Source of the DNA: Asterias rubens
Lineage: Eukaryota
Direction: 5' to 3'
NCBI RefSeq assembly: GCF_902459465.1
Contig: NC_047071.1
Location: 992,001-1,056,000, forward strand
Length of the DNA stretch: 64,000 nucleotides
A program made the translations under genes and the position numbers. Below are positions 1 through 11,580 of this stretch, in pieces. How positions within the stretch are numbered: the stretch's first letter is position 1; each line of letters opens with the position of its first letter. The notes below the pieces were generated by a model. It had not been told where the DNA came from, did not search any database, and saw nothing but the letters and a program-made list of their open reading frames with translations.

Positions 1-93
1 GCCCTTATGACCAAGCATATGATTTAGCAATTAGTATGTGAGCTATGTGGTGGTACTCGCAGATTTGAATTACGTAGAACAACAATCAATTTA

Positions 94-581
94 ATAGATG
101 TTAAATTTGCATCGGGATAAAGAGTATTAATTTTTGGTTTTACCCATATACACCGATGTGTGTAGCACTGTATACTCAGTACTTCCCCGAGTCCTGTGAA
201 AAAAATCACAGGCATTTTTACTCGGGTGGGATTCGAACCCACGACCCTTGCCAGGGGAAGTACTGAGTATACAGTGCTACACACATCCGTGTATATGGGT
301 AAAACCAAAAATTAATATTCTTTATCCCGATGCAAATTTAACATCTATTAAATCGTTTGCAGTACCCGCTGCTAAAACTTAGGATTCGAACTGCCTCTAG
401 CTACCGGGCAATCTCGGTAGTCTAGTTGGTATGACATTGCTCTAGAATTGCAAGGGTCGTGGGTTCGAATCCCACCCGAATAAAATGCCTGTGATTTTTT
501 TCACAGGACTCGGGGAAGTACTGAGTAGACAGTGCTACACACATCGGTGTATATGGGTAAAAACCAAAAATTAATAATTAA
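94..581. mobile_element. Insertion of a 258-bp tandem-unit repeat with internal tRNA-like module; 5' part inverted; 13-bp TSD
   Basis: 94-251 is the reverse complement of the unit. 254-576 is 1.25 forward units (ggggaagtactgag at 254 and 512). AACAATCAATTTA occurs at 81-93 and 582-594. Confidence 0.85.
411..483 (+). repeat. tRNA-like module (A box TAGTCTAGTTGG, B box GGTTCGAATCC) inside the repeat unit; not a functional tRNA
   Basis: Near-cloverleaf with perfect T arm GTGGG-TTCGAAT-CCCAC, but mismatched acceptor, D and anticodon stems. Embedded in a repeat. Confidence 0.8.
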
Positions 582-1474
582 AACAATCAATTTACTTTTT
601 AAAAATGGCTGCCATTTTTGTTGTAGGGCATACAATCTGCGATGGCAAAATATATTGATCATGACATTCTCTATAGGTGCCAAGTGCCACGATTCATCAG
701 TCTTTAATATAAGCCCGTCGATGCTGTTTCAGGATCTCAGTCCCCGAACCGTCATGGCTCGCCATGTCGAGTCTAATGTCAACTCTGGTTCTTTGCAGAA
801 CCATCTTTCCCTCTAAAGAAGATATTATTGGTGGTCTCCCGTAAGCTATAGTTTATGTAGATCTCATTTGCACTCGTCTCTTGTAAGACTTTCTATACTC
901 GATTTGGCTGACTCGAAATTAACAAGTCGTCAATGATGTGGTGACTCACCATCCAATAAACAAAATTGAGTGTTTCTTCGTCAGACTGTGTCGTACACTA
1001 AACATTGATTGATATTGTTTTCGTTCAAAGTCGCAAAATGAAAGGTCATGACTTCATCGACACTATCAAAAATGACATTTAAACATTTCAATCATTGTGT
1101 TTATTCTCTGCCACTCACTCGGCAAAAATTAGAGCGCGGCATCTGCCTCGAATTCGGAAATATACTAAGGCGATGATACGTAAAATCGATTTGTAATCCT
1201 TTAAGTGTAGCGTTTCCAGCACTTGAGTTTATAGCTTAAAGAAGATTTCCACACACATCTGGCAGATGGTAGGGAAAAAAACTGGGGAGGGGTGTCCACT
1301 AATTGTAATGATTGTGTTTCTGTGTAGTCGCGTAATTTTTCGTTCATTTTCGGCACAGGGATAGCATTTTTGCCTTTCCTAAATAATAACAAAGGTGCGA
1401 TAAAGGGATGGCCTGATCAGAAAATTTTAATAAAATTACAGATTTTTTGTGCAATAAATAATTAAATGATTTAA

Positions 1475-1816
1475 ATGCACTGGACCGTCAATTGGTAATT
1501 ACTCAAAATAATTGCTAGCCTTAAAACTGTATTGAGCAGTGGAGAGCTGTTAATATTCAACATTGTAAGTAATGCCTCCCTCTGAAGTAACGTAGTTTTT
1601 GGGAAATTTAACTCACTCATATTAAAAAGACTTCAGGCCTGACGCCTTTTATTAGACATCTGAAAGCCGCAAGTTTGTGCAACAAGTTTGTTTTTCTTTC
1701 ATTGTTCTCTTGGAACTCCGACGAATTTTCACAGGTTTTGTTAATTTATTCTTTCGTTTGGATACACCAAGTGGACATACTGGTCTTAGACATTTTACCA
1801 AACTTGTCCAATGCCT
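1475..1816 (+). mobile_element. TTAA-flanked Kolobok-like MITE family A (older subfamily), diverged full length
   Basis: Degenerate TIRs related to AGGCAGTGGACACTATTGGTAATT, TTAA on both sides, family internal motifs (ctccctctgaagtaacgtag). Confidence 0.75.
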
Positions 1817-2123
1817 TTAAAAATAACTAACCCTTACAAGATTAAAAAATCCTGACGCATACAACAAAAATGACAGCAAAATTGATTTTTGCTGGCCTTT
1901 TTTAACGCTCACATCAATCCTCTCTCGCGTAGGCAATTTTCAAACTATCGCTAAAAGGAATTTTGTTTATTTTGTTTTGACATTCGGTGGAGAATTTCAC
2001 GGCTGAATAAGTTTGATTTATGAAGCTGGTTGGGTGCGACCAGTAAATATTATTTGGCCTATTTTTCCCGCACTGTAGATGGTGTGCTGTAATATGTTTT
2101 GACTGGATCTTTCGTATAGTTAA

Positions 2124-2400
2124 AGGCTCTGTACACTGTTAAATATCACCCAAACTAATCGTTAGCACACACACAAATTACTCCGGGTTATGAGCAATGA
2201 GGTGGATAATTATTGAGGGTATAAAACCATGTGAGAAACGACTCCCTTTGAAGTAACGTAGTTTTTGAGAAAGAGGCATTTCTCTCTCTCAACAAAAATA
2301 ACTTCGGGCCTGAGGCCTTTTAGGCATCTGAAAGCACACTATATTGTGCAACGAGGGTGTTTTACTTGCAACTTCGATGACCAATTGATTCCAAACAATT
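2124..2400 (+). mobile_element. MITE family A fragment
   Basis: ttaa|aggctctgtacact start; gtgagaaacgactccctttgaagtaacgtag; gcaacttcgatgaccaattg. Confidence 0.7.
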
Positions 2401-3593
2401 TTGTTCCTCATAATTTGACGTCTGGTAATTAAGTGTCGGATACACCTTCCACAATTAAGCATATTTGAGAAGCAGATCGCGTTGTGGTATAAACAGTTGG
2501 CTAAAAGGAGTTGGTGTTTATCCTTGTTCCAGTTAGTCTTGTGTTCTCAAAGCAATTTCCCGTTTCCATTTACACAGGAAAATGTATGTGGGGCGTGGAA
2601 GTGGAGGGGCACTTTTCCCCTGGCTTAGCCCCGATCTCGGAACCGTTTTAGGAATTCCGGGAGCCGGATGATCAGGGGTATCGTATAATACACTTCGAAG
2701 GTTCTTCTCGGCTTTCAAATGTGCTTAACTGGTACACAACTCTAACTTTACACCAAACACAATAATTTAATCCCAGTTATTGATTGTTCTAAATCGTGTC
2801 CTATAAACATAAATCTATACACACGTACCCAACGTTACGGTAGTGTAGCCAGGATTCTATTGTGCGCTCCCATCTTCAAGTGGGCTATGACGTAGCCGGC
2901 CTGCTAGTCATGTTGTCAGGGCCGGGCTAACACAATAGACCAAAACCTTTTGTATCACTCCCTGACTTGTGTTAAGGAAAGTGCACCCTGTGTGATTTGT
3001 AATGACATAGTACGGTACATGTAATGTTATGTATGGTAACACTTTCACATGGTAGTAAGGTAGACATACTTGTGGTTTACTTCCGTGTTACGTGTACTGG
3101 ACCATAGAGGAAGTCCAGAGCTCGAGAGGGTTTGATGTGGTCCACGAACCAGTTGTGGTTTGACCGTTTCTTCATCAGTTGCATTGTGGATCATTTTTAC
3201 ATTTTTAATAAGGAACTTTGGAAACTTTCTGCTGTTACCGGACTGTCCGGGTGTGAACATTTGTACAGGTAAGTGCCAGAACTCGCTGATGATGTAGGTT
3301 GAATTGTCATGATGCAATGTGTACACAAAACATGCCATCGGTTGGGTATTGAATTATACATGGTCGCGGCGGACGGAATGTTTAAGTACCCCGGTCGAAA
3401 AATAGTGTACGAATGGTGTTTTTCTGTTTTATCTATAGAAGCAGATCATAATTCTTATAAGAACTTGTACTCAAAATGTCACTGGGCCTAGTACCGCGGA
3501 AAATCTTCAACACACCCTCGTTTAGTTGCTGAAAGGCGTTGGCGAGGACCGGCATAGATGTAGATGTAGATACGGGGGAGGGTCGGGCCAGAG

Positions 3594-3765
3594 ACTGACC
3601 AAAGTCTGACATGGGTCTGACAAGGGTCTGACCAGGTCTAACCATGTTCTTATTTCTCCATGGTCCGAACTGGGTCTGACCAGGGATTAACCAGGGGACC
3701 GTATTCCATGGGTCTGAACAGGGACTGAGCAGGTTCTGACCATAGTTTAACAAAGGTCTGACCAA
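3594..3765 (+). repeat. Degenerate minisatellite of ~11-nt GGGTCTGACCA units
   Basis: About a dozen variants (ggtctgac, ggtctaacc, ggactgagc, ggttctgacc). Confidence 0.7.
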
Positions 3766-4665
3766 ACTTTGAATCAAACTGCTTCAAAGGTTGGAGAAAA
3801 CTGACTGTCACATTTCAACCCTTTATGACCAGACTTAATATCTTTACTCTGTTGTTGAGATGATTGTTTGTTTGTGAAAGGTGTCAGTCACAACACTCAT
3901 CTTCCTAAATGCAAGTTTCCAAGCATGGTTGATGAGACGGTCCTAAATCTTACGAGCACACACAATATCAAAGCGCAGAAATTGAGGGGTGTGCGCTGAT
4001 GTGCGATGTATTCCTAAGAACACGACAGGGTAACACCATAGAGCAAGCTTGCTCATGGTGACACCTACTGCAAAGATCAGTCCACTGGTACTTGCTCTAT
4101 GGTTGCACGTTGCGATCATTGAAATCTAGTGCATAAGATTGTATACTAATACCCCACCTCTTCTGAAAGTCTTCTAGGATTGTGTCCTAGACCCGAAGTG
4201 TGCCACAACATTTAGCATAAGGGATTGCATACGTCATGCGAGAGGGTTTGCATATTGAGTGCGGTTGTGTTTCTCAGCAAGACTCCAAAAGCACCAAAGT
4301 GTCCTCGCTAGACCGAGAAGAAATGCGACTTCAATATTGAACGTAATATACAGTATGTAAACAAACCCTGTATGGGTAACCGTAAAGCCTACCGTATATA
4401 TACAAATATAGCATGCCTATAATTACAAGGTGATATCTTGAAATATTCCGTTTCGCGAGGCAAAGCTAACTCTAATTCATGCAACTGATAAGACAATTCA
4501 AATTCATTATCTCTCACCCCAAAGACTAAACCATTAAAACAACGTATCCATGCCAAACATCAGCTGCTCATCACTGAATTATTCAATACATATACACGGG
4601 TGGAACAATCGATTGAGGCCACAGTCTATTTCTAGCAATGGGACCGTTTAAACTTTGTGTTTTAA

Positions 4666-5026
4666 AGGCGCTAGACACTGGACACGTTTGGTACTTGTCA
4701 AAGAGACCATTGTATACCGCAGTATTCTCACTAGGTATATCCCAAAAATATGCATAAAATATTCTGTGAAAATTTGGGCTCAATTTGTCATCGAATTTGC
4801 TAGAGATTACATGCATATGAAAGAAAAACAGCCTTGTTGTAGTACTTTGTGGGCTTTCAGATGCATAACAAAAGTCATAAGTCATAATAACTGAAGTCAT
4901 TATTATTTGAATGAGAAATTACCCTTTTCGCAAAAAGTTAATACGTTCTGCTCGGTAATGCTCATTACCAAGTAAGTTCTTATGCTAGCAATTATTTTAA
5001 ACATTTACCAATAGTGTCCAGTGCCT
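4666..5026 (-). mobile_element. MITE family A, diverged, reverse orientation
   Basis: TTAA flanks; ends accaatagtgtccagtgcct|ttaa. Confidence 0.75.
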
Positions 5027-5472
5027 TTAAGTGTTACACGGTGGATGCTTTGCAATGTGGTAAAGAGTCGTCATTTACAGAATTTTATGAAGCGATTGTT
5101 AGGCGGTTAACGCTACCCCCTAAGCATGTTCGATCCAGTATCGACTGCTGCGGCACCTGGGTGCCGGGTAAAGACGCTGCAATCCCCGTACATGTGATGG
5201 GGTCCATAGTCCCCCTATAGTCCCCTTACCGTGGACACAAGTTACGGGTATTGATTTGATGTTCGTCCTCCCACCATTCTCTATTTAAATATTACCTTTT
5301 CTATGTTAAAGGTTGTAGTTCGATCGCGGAGGCTCTTTCGACTGAAGGGAGTCATTCACTGAAGGTGTGAAGGATAACGAATGGTACTTGTCTGTCAGCA
5401 CTCATTAAAGCCCTTTACACACCACTCATATAACTCCTTAATGCATTATGCCATCTGTCACGTAGGCCTTAA

Positions 5473-6195
5473 AGACACTGGACACTATTGGTAATTGTCA
5501 AAGACTAGACTCCACAGTTGGTGTGTCTCAGCGTATGCATAAAATAACAAACCTGTGAAAATTTGAGCTCAATCGGTTGTCAAAACAAATGCAAAAGACT
5601 GAAAAGGCACTCTTTAAAGAGCCAATGAGGGACAACTCTTTTTCGAGTGGTCTTCCACTTTTTTAGATTGAAGTTTGCATCTTTTTGAGCGATTTTTCAC
5701 TCTGTCCTGGAGTGAAACCCCTCTAAAAGAGTGAAATAATCACCAATCCTTTTAAAGAGCCATTGATGGACAACTCGAAAAGTAAAGAGTTGTGTTTTTA
5801 CTCTTTTACATTTAGAGAGTACCTTTGGTTGTTGGAACCGTTCGAACTGTTGGAATCCTAAATGTGGTGTATCTCAACATATATACATAAAAAAAAAAAA
5901 CCTGTTAAAATTTGAGCTCAATCGGTCGTCGAAGTTGCGAGATAACAATGAAAGAAAAAACACCCTTTTCACACGAAGTTGTGTGGTTTCAGATGCTTGA
6001 TTTCGAGACCTCAAATTCTTAACTTGAGGTCTCGAAATCAAATTCGTGGAAAATTAATTCTTTCTCGCAAACTAAACTTCAGAGGGAGTCGTTTCTCAAT
6101 TTGTGTTATACCATCAACCTCTCCCCATTACTCGTTACCAAGTAAGGTTTATGCTAATAATTATTTTGAGTGATTACCAATAGTGTCCACTGCCT
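5473..6195 (-). mobile_element. Composite of two family A pieces (5473-5582 and ~5863-6195) separated by ~280 bp of a CACTA-like fragment
   Basis: Both outer TIRs with TTAA are present. About 63 bp (ggtgt.tctca...caatcggt.gtc) occurs twice with several differences. The spacer has actcttt/aaagagt motifs and ends tttagagagta. Confidence 0.75.
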
Positions 6196-6493
6196 TTAAA
6201 GCATTACTGGCAATTGATCGAACGCAAACGAAGAGTAATTTCATGGAACCAATTTCGACATTTACTACGTCAAGTCACTGTCAATGCTTCATCGTCCATC
6301 AAAATACATGGCGTAATTAAAAAGCAAAACCTAGTGCAGAATTTTGCTTAAATGTCATTCTATTAATCTATAATAATTGATGTTAGGCTCCAGTGTGTCT
6401 TGGTGTTTACGCATACTAAGGGGGATGAACTGTGTATTATCAACCCCATTGACTTTTTCAATTATCGTAAACTTCGAAACAGGTGGAAACAAC

Positions 6494-6730
6494 TCTTCTT
6501 TACCCTTGATGCAAACTTAACATATTAAATCGTTGCTAAAACATGTGTTTCGAGCTGCCTCAAGCTACCGGACAATCTCTATGGTCTTGCTTCTAAGAAA
6601 TCTGCTCTAGGTTGGTAAATGTCATGGCTTCGAATCACGTCCAATTAATGTGTCCGGGATTTTTCACAGAACTCGTGAAAGTACCGAATAGCTTATACAT
6701 TGCTTACACACATCGGTGTGTAAAACCAAT
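6494..6730 (+). mobile_element. Diverged monomer of the 258-bp tRNA-like unit
   Basis: Colinear with 320-575: gatgcaaa..ttaaatcgtt..gctgcctc.agctaccgg.caatctc..cttcgaatc..ttttcacagaactcg..cacacatcggtgt..aaaaccaa. Confidence 0.75.
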
Positions 6731-7812
6731 TTTTGTGTCTTAGTTCCCCATAACAAGTTTAACATATTTTAAGAGAAACTACTTTGTGAATATACCAAAC
6801 TGAAATGAAAACACTCCCACAAGCATGAGATACCCTTCGGTTTTAAGGATGCCACATCAAACAATATTTCACTTTAACAGCACTATCGGACTACAATATG
6901 TTACGGTTCCTTGCTCCTTGATCTAACCATAAAGCAAAAACCTTTCTCTATGCTACAACTGATGCATCCCACGATCACACACACTCGGATGCCCCCATTA
7001 ATCATTGCCTTTCCCTGATGAAGATTAGTTTAATTAAACCATGGACCCCTTCCACTGATGACAGCCGCCTCGATGGCAGTTGCAATTTAGTGTCACTGCT
7101 TGATCTATGATCGCGAAGAGTGCATGGCTTGTTAACAGATTGAACATGATGGATAGACGCCTTAACTGACTTAGTGTGATTCCCCTCGAAGTGTAATTCA
7201 AAGCACTCTAACAATTCCCGGGTCAGCAGAGTTAATCTAGAACCGGATCAGTATTTTGGGTCAGGATGATTCGCATTCGGTGTCAAAATGACCCAGAAAT
7301 GAGCCAATACTGACCATTAACACTGTTGTATCCGTCAATCATAGATATGTTGATCAGCGATCACTGGTCTCTACCTCACTGACTAAGTTTACCGTGTATC
7401 ATCACCCAAGTTTTAATTTCAACATTATGACGGATGCTGGACATGTAGAATACTATCGTCCCCCCCCCCTTAAACTCGTAGCGGTCATATCTGAGATTTG
7501 TTGGCAAGATGGAAAGCACACGGTGTGAATTGCCCATGGAGCTATGATGACATCACGTTAACCCTACTCTTACAAAATTTCCTCGATCCCAACGGCTCTG
7601 AATCCCGATGCACATTCTGTCTCCACAGTTTTTCACCTGCACACCTGGAAAGGAAAAATTTACACGCGGGTGATGTTTTTCGAGTTGAAAGGGAAAACGG
7701 TCTCGAATTTCAATCTAGGGTTCTCGAAATGTCCCCCTTTAAACCCTTGTTTACTAATCGTTGCAAAGCCTACAGGTTGCCTTGTGGTGTTTCACTTTGT
7801 ATATTGCTTACA

Positions 7813-8156
7813 AGGCAGTGGACACTATTGGTAATTACTCGAAAATAATTGTTAGCATAAAACTTACTTGGTAATGTGCACTGGAGACCAGTGACAGTGA
7901 ACAACATTGTGAGAAACATCTCTCTGAAGTAACTTATTTTTTGAGAAAGAGGTTTCCCACTCAAATAATAAAATACTTCAGATAAAGCCTTTTATTTATA
8001 TCTAAAAGGACACAAAGTATTTTGTATACGACAAGGATGCTTTTCTTTTCATCATTTTCTTGCAACTTCGATGACAATTTGATCCAAAAATTCACAGATT
8101 TATATTTTATGCATTATGTGGGGATACATTAAGTGAGAATACTGGTCTTTGACAAT
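7813..8156 (+). mobile_element. MITE family A, right end truncated
   Basis: AGGCAGTGGACACTATTGGTAATTACTC start; ends gagaatactggtctttgacaat. Confidence 0.8.
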
Positions 8157-8582
8157 AAAATTAAATAAAAAAATTACCCGGTTAAGCACAATAATATTTC
8201 TTTTTATACTTAACAAACTGAGTATAAGAAGCGTTACCAGTAACAAAAGCAAAACAAAAGGTATACAATGCAACTTAAAAATACCATCAATAGCAATTCG
8301 ATTTGTTCAGCGATGCATTAAATACTTTTTGCATGTATTATCTTTTAACTCTGTAGATTGACGTCATTACGGTTGCCATTAAATCCACTGGTATTGTGGG
8401 TACACATAAAATTACTATAACTTCTCTCCGATCTCACAGAAAAAGACAACCCGTAAATAAATAAAAGAGTGGGCCTACATTATAAAGTAATTATTTTGTA
8501 TATTTATTACTTTTGGAAGAGTAAAACCTTAGGAAAATGTAACATGGGCGTCACACAGTCAGTTTCCATTGTGGTTTATTAA

Positions 8583-8959
8583 AGGCAGTGGAGACTATTG
8601 GTAATTACTCAAAATAATTGTGAGCATGAAACCTTTCTTGGTGACGAGTATGGGGAAAGGTTGACAGTATAAAACATTGTGAGAAACGGCTCCCTCTGAA
8701 ATGCCATAGTTTTCGAGAAAGAAGTAATTTTCCACGAATTAGATTTCGAGACCTCAGATTTAGAATTTGAGGTCTCGAAATCAAGCATCTGAAAGCACAC
8801 AACTTCGTGTGACAAGGGTGTTTTTTCTTTCATTATTATCTCGCAACTTCGATGACAGATTGAGCTCAAATTTTCACAGGTTTGTTATTTTATGTATATG
8901 TTGAGATACACCAACTGTGAAGGCTAGTCTTTGACAATTACTAATAGTGTCCACTGTCT
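8583..8959 (+). mobile_element. MITE family A, young subfamily, full length
   Basis: TTAA|AGGCAGTGGAGACTATTGGTAATT ... AATAGTGTCCACTGTCT|TTAA; internal hairpin gatttcgagacctca..tgaggtctcgaaatc. Confidence 0.9.
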
Positions 8960-9640
8960 TTAAAACATGTGTGTGTACATTTGTATCCCTTTCTGCAAAC
9001 AACAAAGTTCAGCATCCAGAGTTAAGACAAATTATTACGCATGTTTTTACAAAACACCAGATCAGAAAATACATTTCACTAACGATTATTCACTAACGAC
9101 TATCATTCAGGACATCACATGCGTAATGTACCACACTAAACACTTCATACATTCAATCTTAAGGTGTTTATTCCATCAGTGTGGAGTTTTTATTAAAAAT
9201 CAAAACGTAGAGGGCCTGAGGTGAATCTGATTGTAGCGCAAGATGATTGCAAATACTTCTAGTTGCTTGAGGCAAATTCCGGGCAAAATGTTTCATCCGG
9301 CCTCTGCGTTATAATATCGGCCATGGTTCCGGGTGTTTTTAGCTTCCCTCTATTCTTCACCTTCTATTGCATAGATTTTATCTCAGTGTGCCCATCTCTC
9401 TCTGGCTTCCTATCCAGGGTAATGGTTGTAGTTGTATGTACTTATAAAAGAGCCTGGCTATTCCTCATCCACTAGCCTGTATTCTGTCACACTGATTTGA
9501 AGGATAAATTGTTTCCGTAATTACAAAGTAGGCGGACACATCAAACCGTTTTCATTCCCAAATGCTAACTTTGTAATTTTTTGTTTTATATGAAAGTTGT
9601 TTTTAAGTTATGTTTCAGTAATAAAAGCACCCTTTTTGAA

Positions 9641-9879
9641 CTTAATTTCATAGAGCTGCTTAAGCACAAAATTTGGCTTCAGCAAAACAATCCTTACCTA
9701 GTAAAATCAGATTACCGGCCAAGACTCTACAATTGTTATGCTAAGTAAACAACAGCTAAGTACCAGTCACAAGCAATGCAAATGGCATTACATTTTTGCC
9801 AGTAACATGTGTAAAATAAGCGAGCTATTTTCGTGCTTAAGCATTGTTTTTTGCTTAAGCAGCTCTATGAAATTGGCCC
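9641..9879. mobile_element. Harbinger-like MITE family G
   Basis: TIR aatttcatagagctgcttaagca / tgcttaagcagctctatgaaattggccc|ctg. Confidence 0.8.
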
Positions 9880-10373
9880 CTGGGAGCTTTTAGAGTGAGT
9901 ATTGGTAAACCAAACTACTGATGAATTTTCTCTTTCGGATGTAACGTTGAAACAGAATTTAACGGTCCGTTCCACCATTTCACGTAAAATACTAAATAAT
10001 TTGTGACGTGAACCCTCTTACTAATGGTCAAAGATCTGGAACAACTTGGTCAGATGGTGGATTTGTTATTGATGAATGCCGTCAGGTTAAGCTTTAGCTG
10101 GAATGATGCGAAGTGTAGGTGACGTGAAAACAGCGTCAATTATAAAACGTTAATGCACATTGAAAGACACACAGCCACAACTCAGGGGTGTACCCAACTA
10201 AATAAACTCATAACCACAGAGTGCAAAATGCTTAGTATGTTATTAGTTGCCTCCCAAATATTGCGTATAATATCCGTCGACTACGTTTGAATTACGAGAT
10301 CTACTCCTTTCACACAGCACCATGTACAAGTAATACAAGGTGCTGTGGCGCAATATGCTGCCAATCAGACCAG

Positions 10374-10517
10374 CCGTCGATTTCACCAAACTCTTCCTAA
10401 CTTAGGATCAATCCTAGGACTTAGGACGAGTTCAATTCCGAAGACGTTAGGACGCATTGAGTAACTCGTCCTAACTCGAGCTAAGACTTAATCCTAGCGT
10501 TTCGTGAAATCGGCTGC
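10374..10517. mobile_element. Harbinger-like MITE family D
   Basis: TIR gccgtcgatttcac / gtgaaatcggc; internal ttaggacgag/ctcgtcctaa motifs. Confidence 0.75.
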
Positions 10518-10713
10518 AGGAAGACCGGGGCGAACCCCCTTCTCTTTTCGATAAGTGCACTGGGTTCTTTTACTAGCGTTACACAACGCACGAGACCAAC
10601 GGATTTATGTCACATTCGGAGGACGAAACATAGTTAAGTGTCTTGCTTAAGGAAACAGGTGTCACGACTGGGACTCGGACCCACACTCTGCTGAAATCCG
10701 ATGCTCTTAACCA
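10518..10713 (-). mobile_element. tRNA-derived SINE, partial
   Basis: Reverse complement has gtgggtccgagtccc (B-box-like), ccttaagcaagacacttaac and gtgcacttatcgaaaagagaaggggttcgccc, colinear with 55700-55910. Confidence 0.8.
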
Positions 10714-11392
10714 CAAGGAAAACATTATTCCTCGAGGCTTGAACTGTTATTCTCCCCACAAGTTTTACACAACGTTGGTCTTACCAGTTTTCATTTATTC
10801 TGTGCTTAGCAGATAGTAATTTCTGCTTAACAGCTTTATATACATTTGGGCCCAGGACGGTGCATAATTTGCCGATGTTAAAGATGTTATTTTTCACTCC
10901 CGCCCCTCGCTTTATCTGTCTTATTATTACCCACCGAGTGATTCCATTCCCCTCCCATTCCCGTTCCCCTCAAACCAAACTTGAACTCTGAGACACGAAT
11001 GCCGTCAGGGTAAGCTTTAGCCGGAATGATGCGAATCGCAGGTGACGGTTATCAAACGTTAATGCACCTTGAGAGATACACAACCGAAACTCATTATGGT
11101 TTCTGAATGTCGTGTGAGGGGGAAAATGTAGGGTAAATTACGAGGATGAAGACGTCGTGTTTAAAGTGAATTCAAAAGGTCTGACAGCTGAGATGGTTTC
11201 GAAGAAAAGTGGGGGGGGGATAGCGGGTGGCAGGCAGACCACCTTTTTCGAAAAAGTAGTGCACTACTATAACTTATTATATGTAGTTATAATTTGGCCC
11301 ACTATAGTAGGCCAAATTATAACTATAATAAGTTATAACTTATTATCAATGTTATTTAGTAGTAGTAGTAATATTATTATTTTAGTAGTAAT

Positions 11393-11580
11393 ATTGTCAA
11401 AGACCAGTATTCTCAATTGGTGTATCCCAGCGTAATAATGATACATTATCGAAGTCTTATCTTGATTCAAATGTTTTATAGTGAGAAGATACCTCTTTCT
11501 CAAAAACTTTACTTCAGAGGGAGTCGTTTCTCATAATGTGTTATACATCAACAGCTCTCCATTGCTCGTTACCAAGTAAT
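11393..11580 (-). mobile_element. MITE family A internal fragment
   Basis: tgtcaaagaccagtattctca..; cttcagagggagtcgtttctca; ctctccattgctcgttaccaagtaa. Confidence 0.7.

Larger units (their letters stand above)
10074..11093 (+). repeat. ~100-bp direct repeat pair (10074-10184, 10997-11093)
   Basis: gaatgccgtcagg.taagctttagc.ggaatgatgcgaa..aaacgttaatgcac.ttga.aga.acaca at both. Confidence 0.85.

Noticed and set aside
411-483. Functional tRNA gene
   Set aside because: Stem mismatches, an AGA (Ser) anticodon on a short-variable-arm body, and embedding in a dispersed repeat.
1339-1425. Shared flank with 27978-28105, each followed by a family A MITE (composite element or segmental duplication)
   Set aside because: The MITEs sit at different TTAA positions and the right flanks are unrelated; independent insertions next to a separate small repeat fit better.
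3045-3777. Minus-strand ORFs of 97 and 114 aa as a decayed gene
   Set aside because: No family recognised; half of the longer ORF is the GGGTCTGACCA minisatellite.
9918-9955. Other CTGANGA...GAAA hammerhead candidates (also 7015, 974-984, 3166-3178)
   Set aside because: No stem II or cleavage-site geometry could be drawn.
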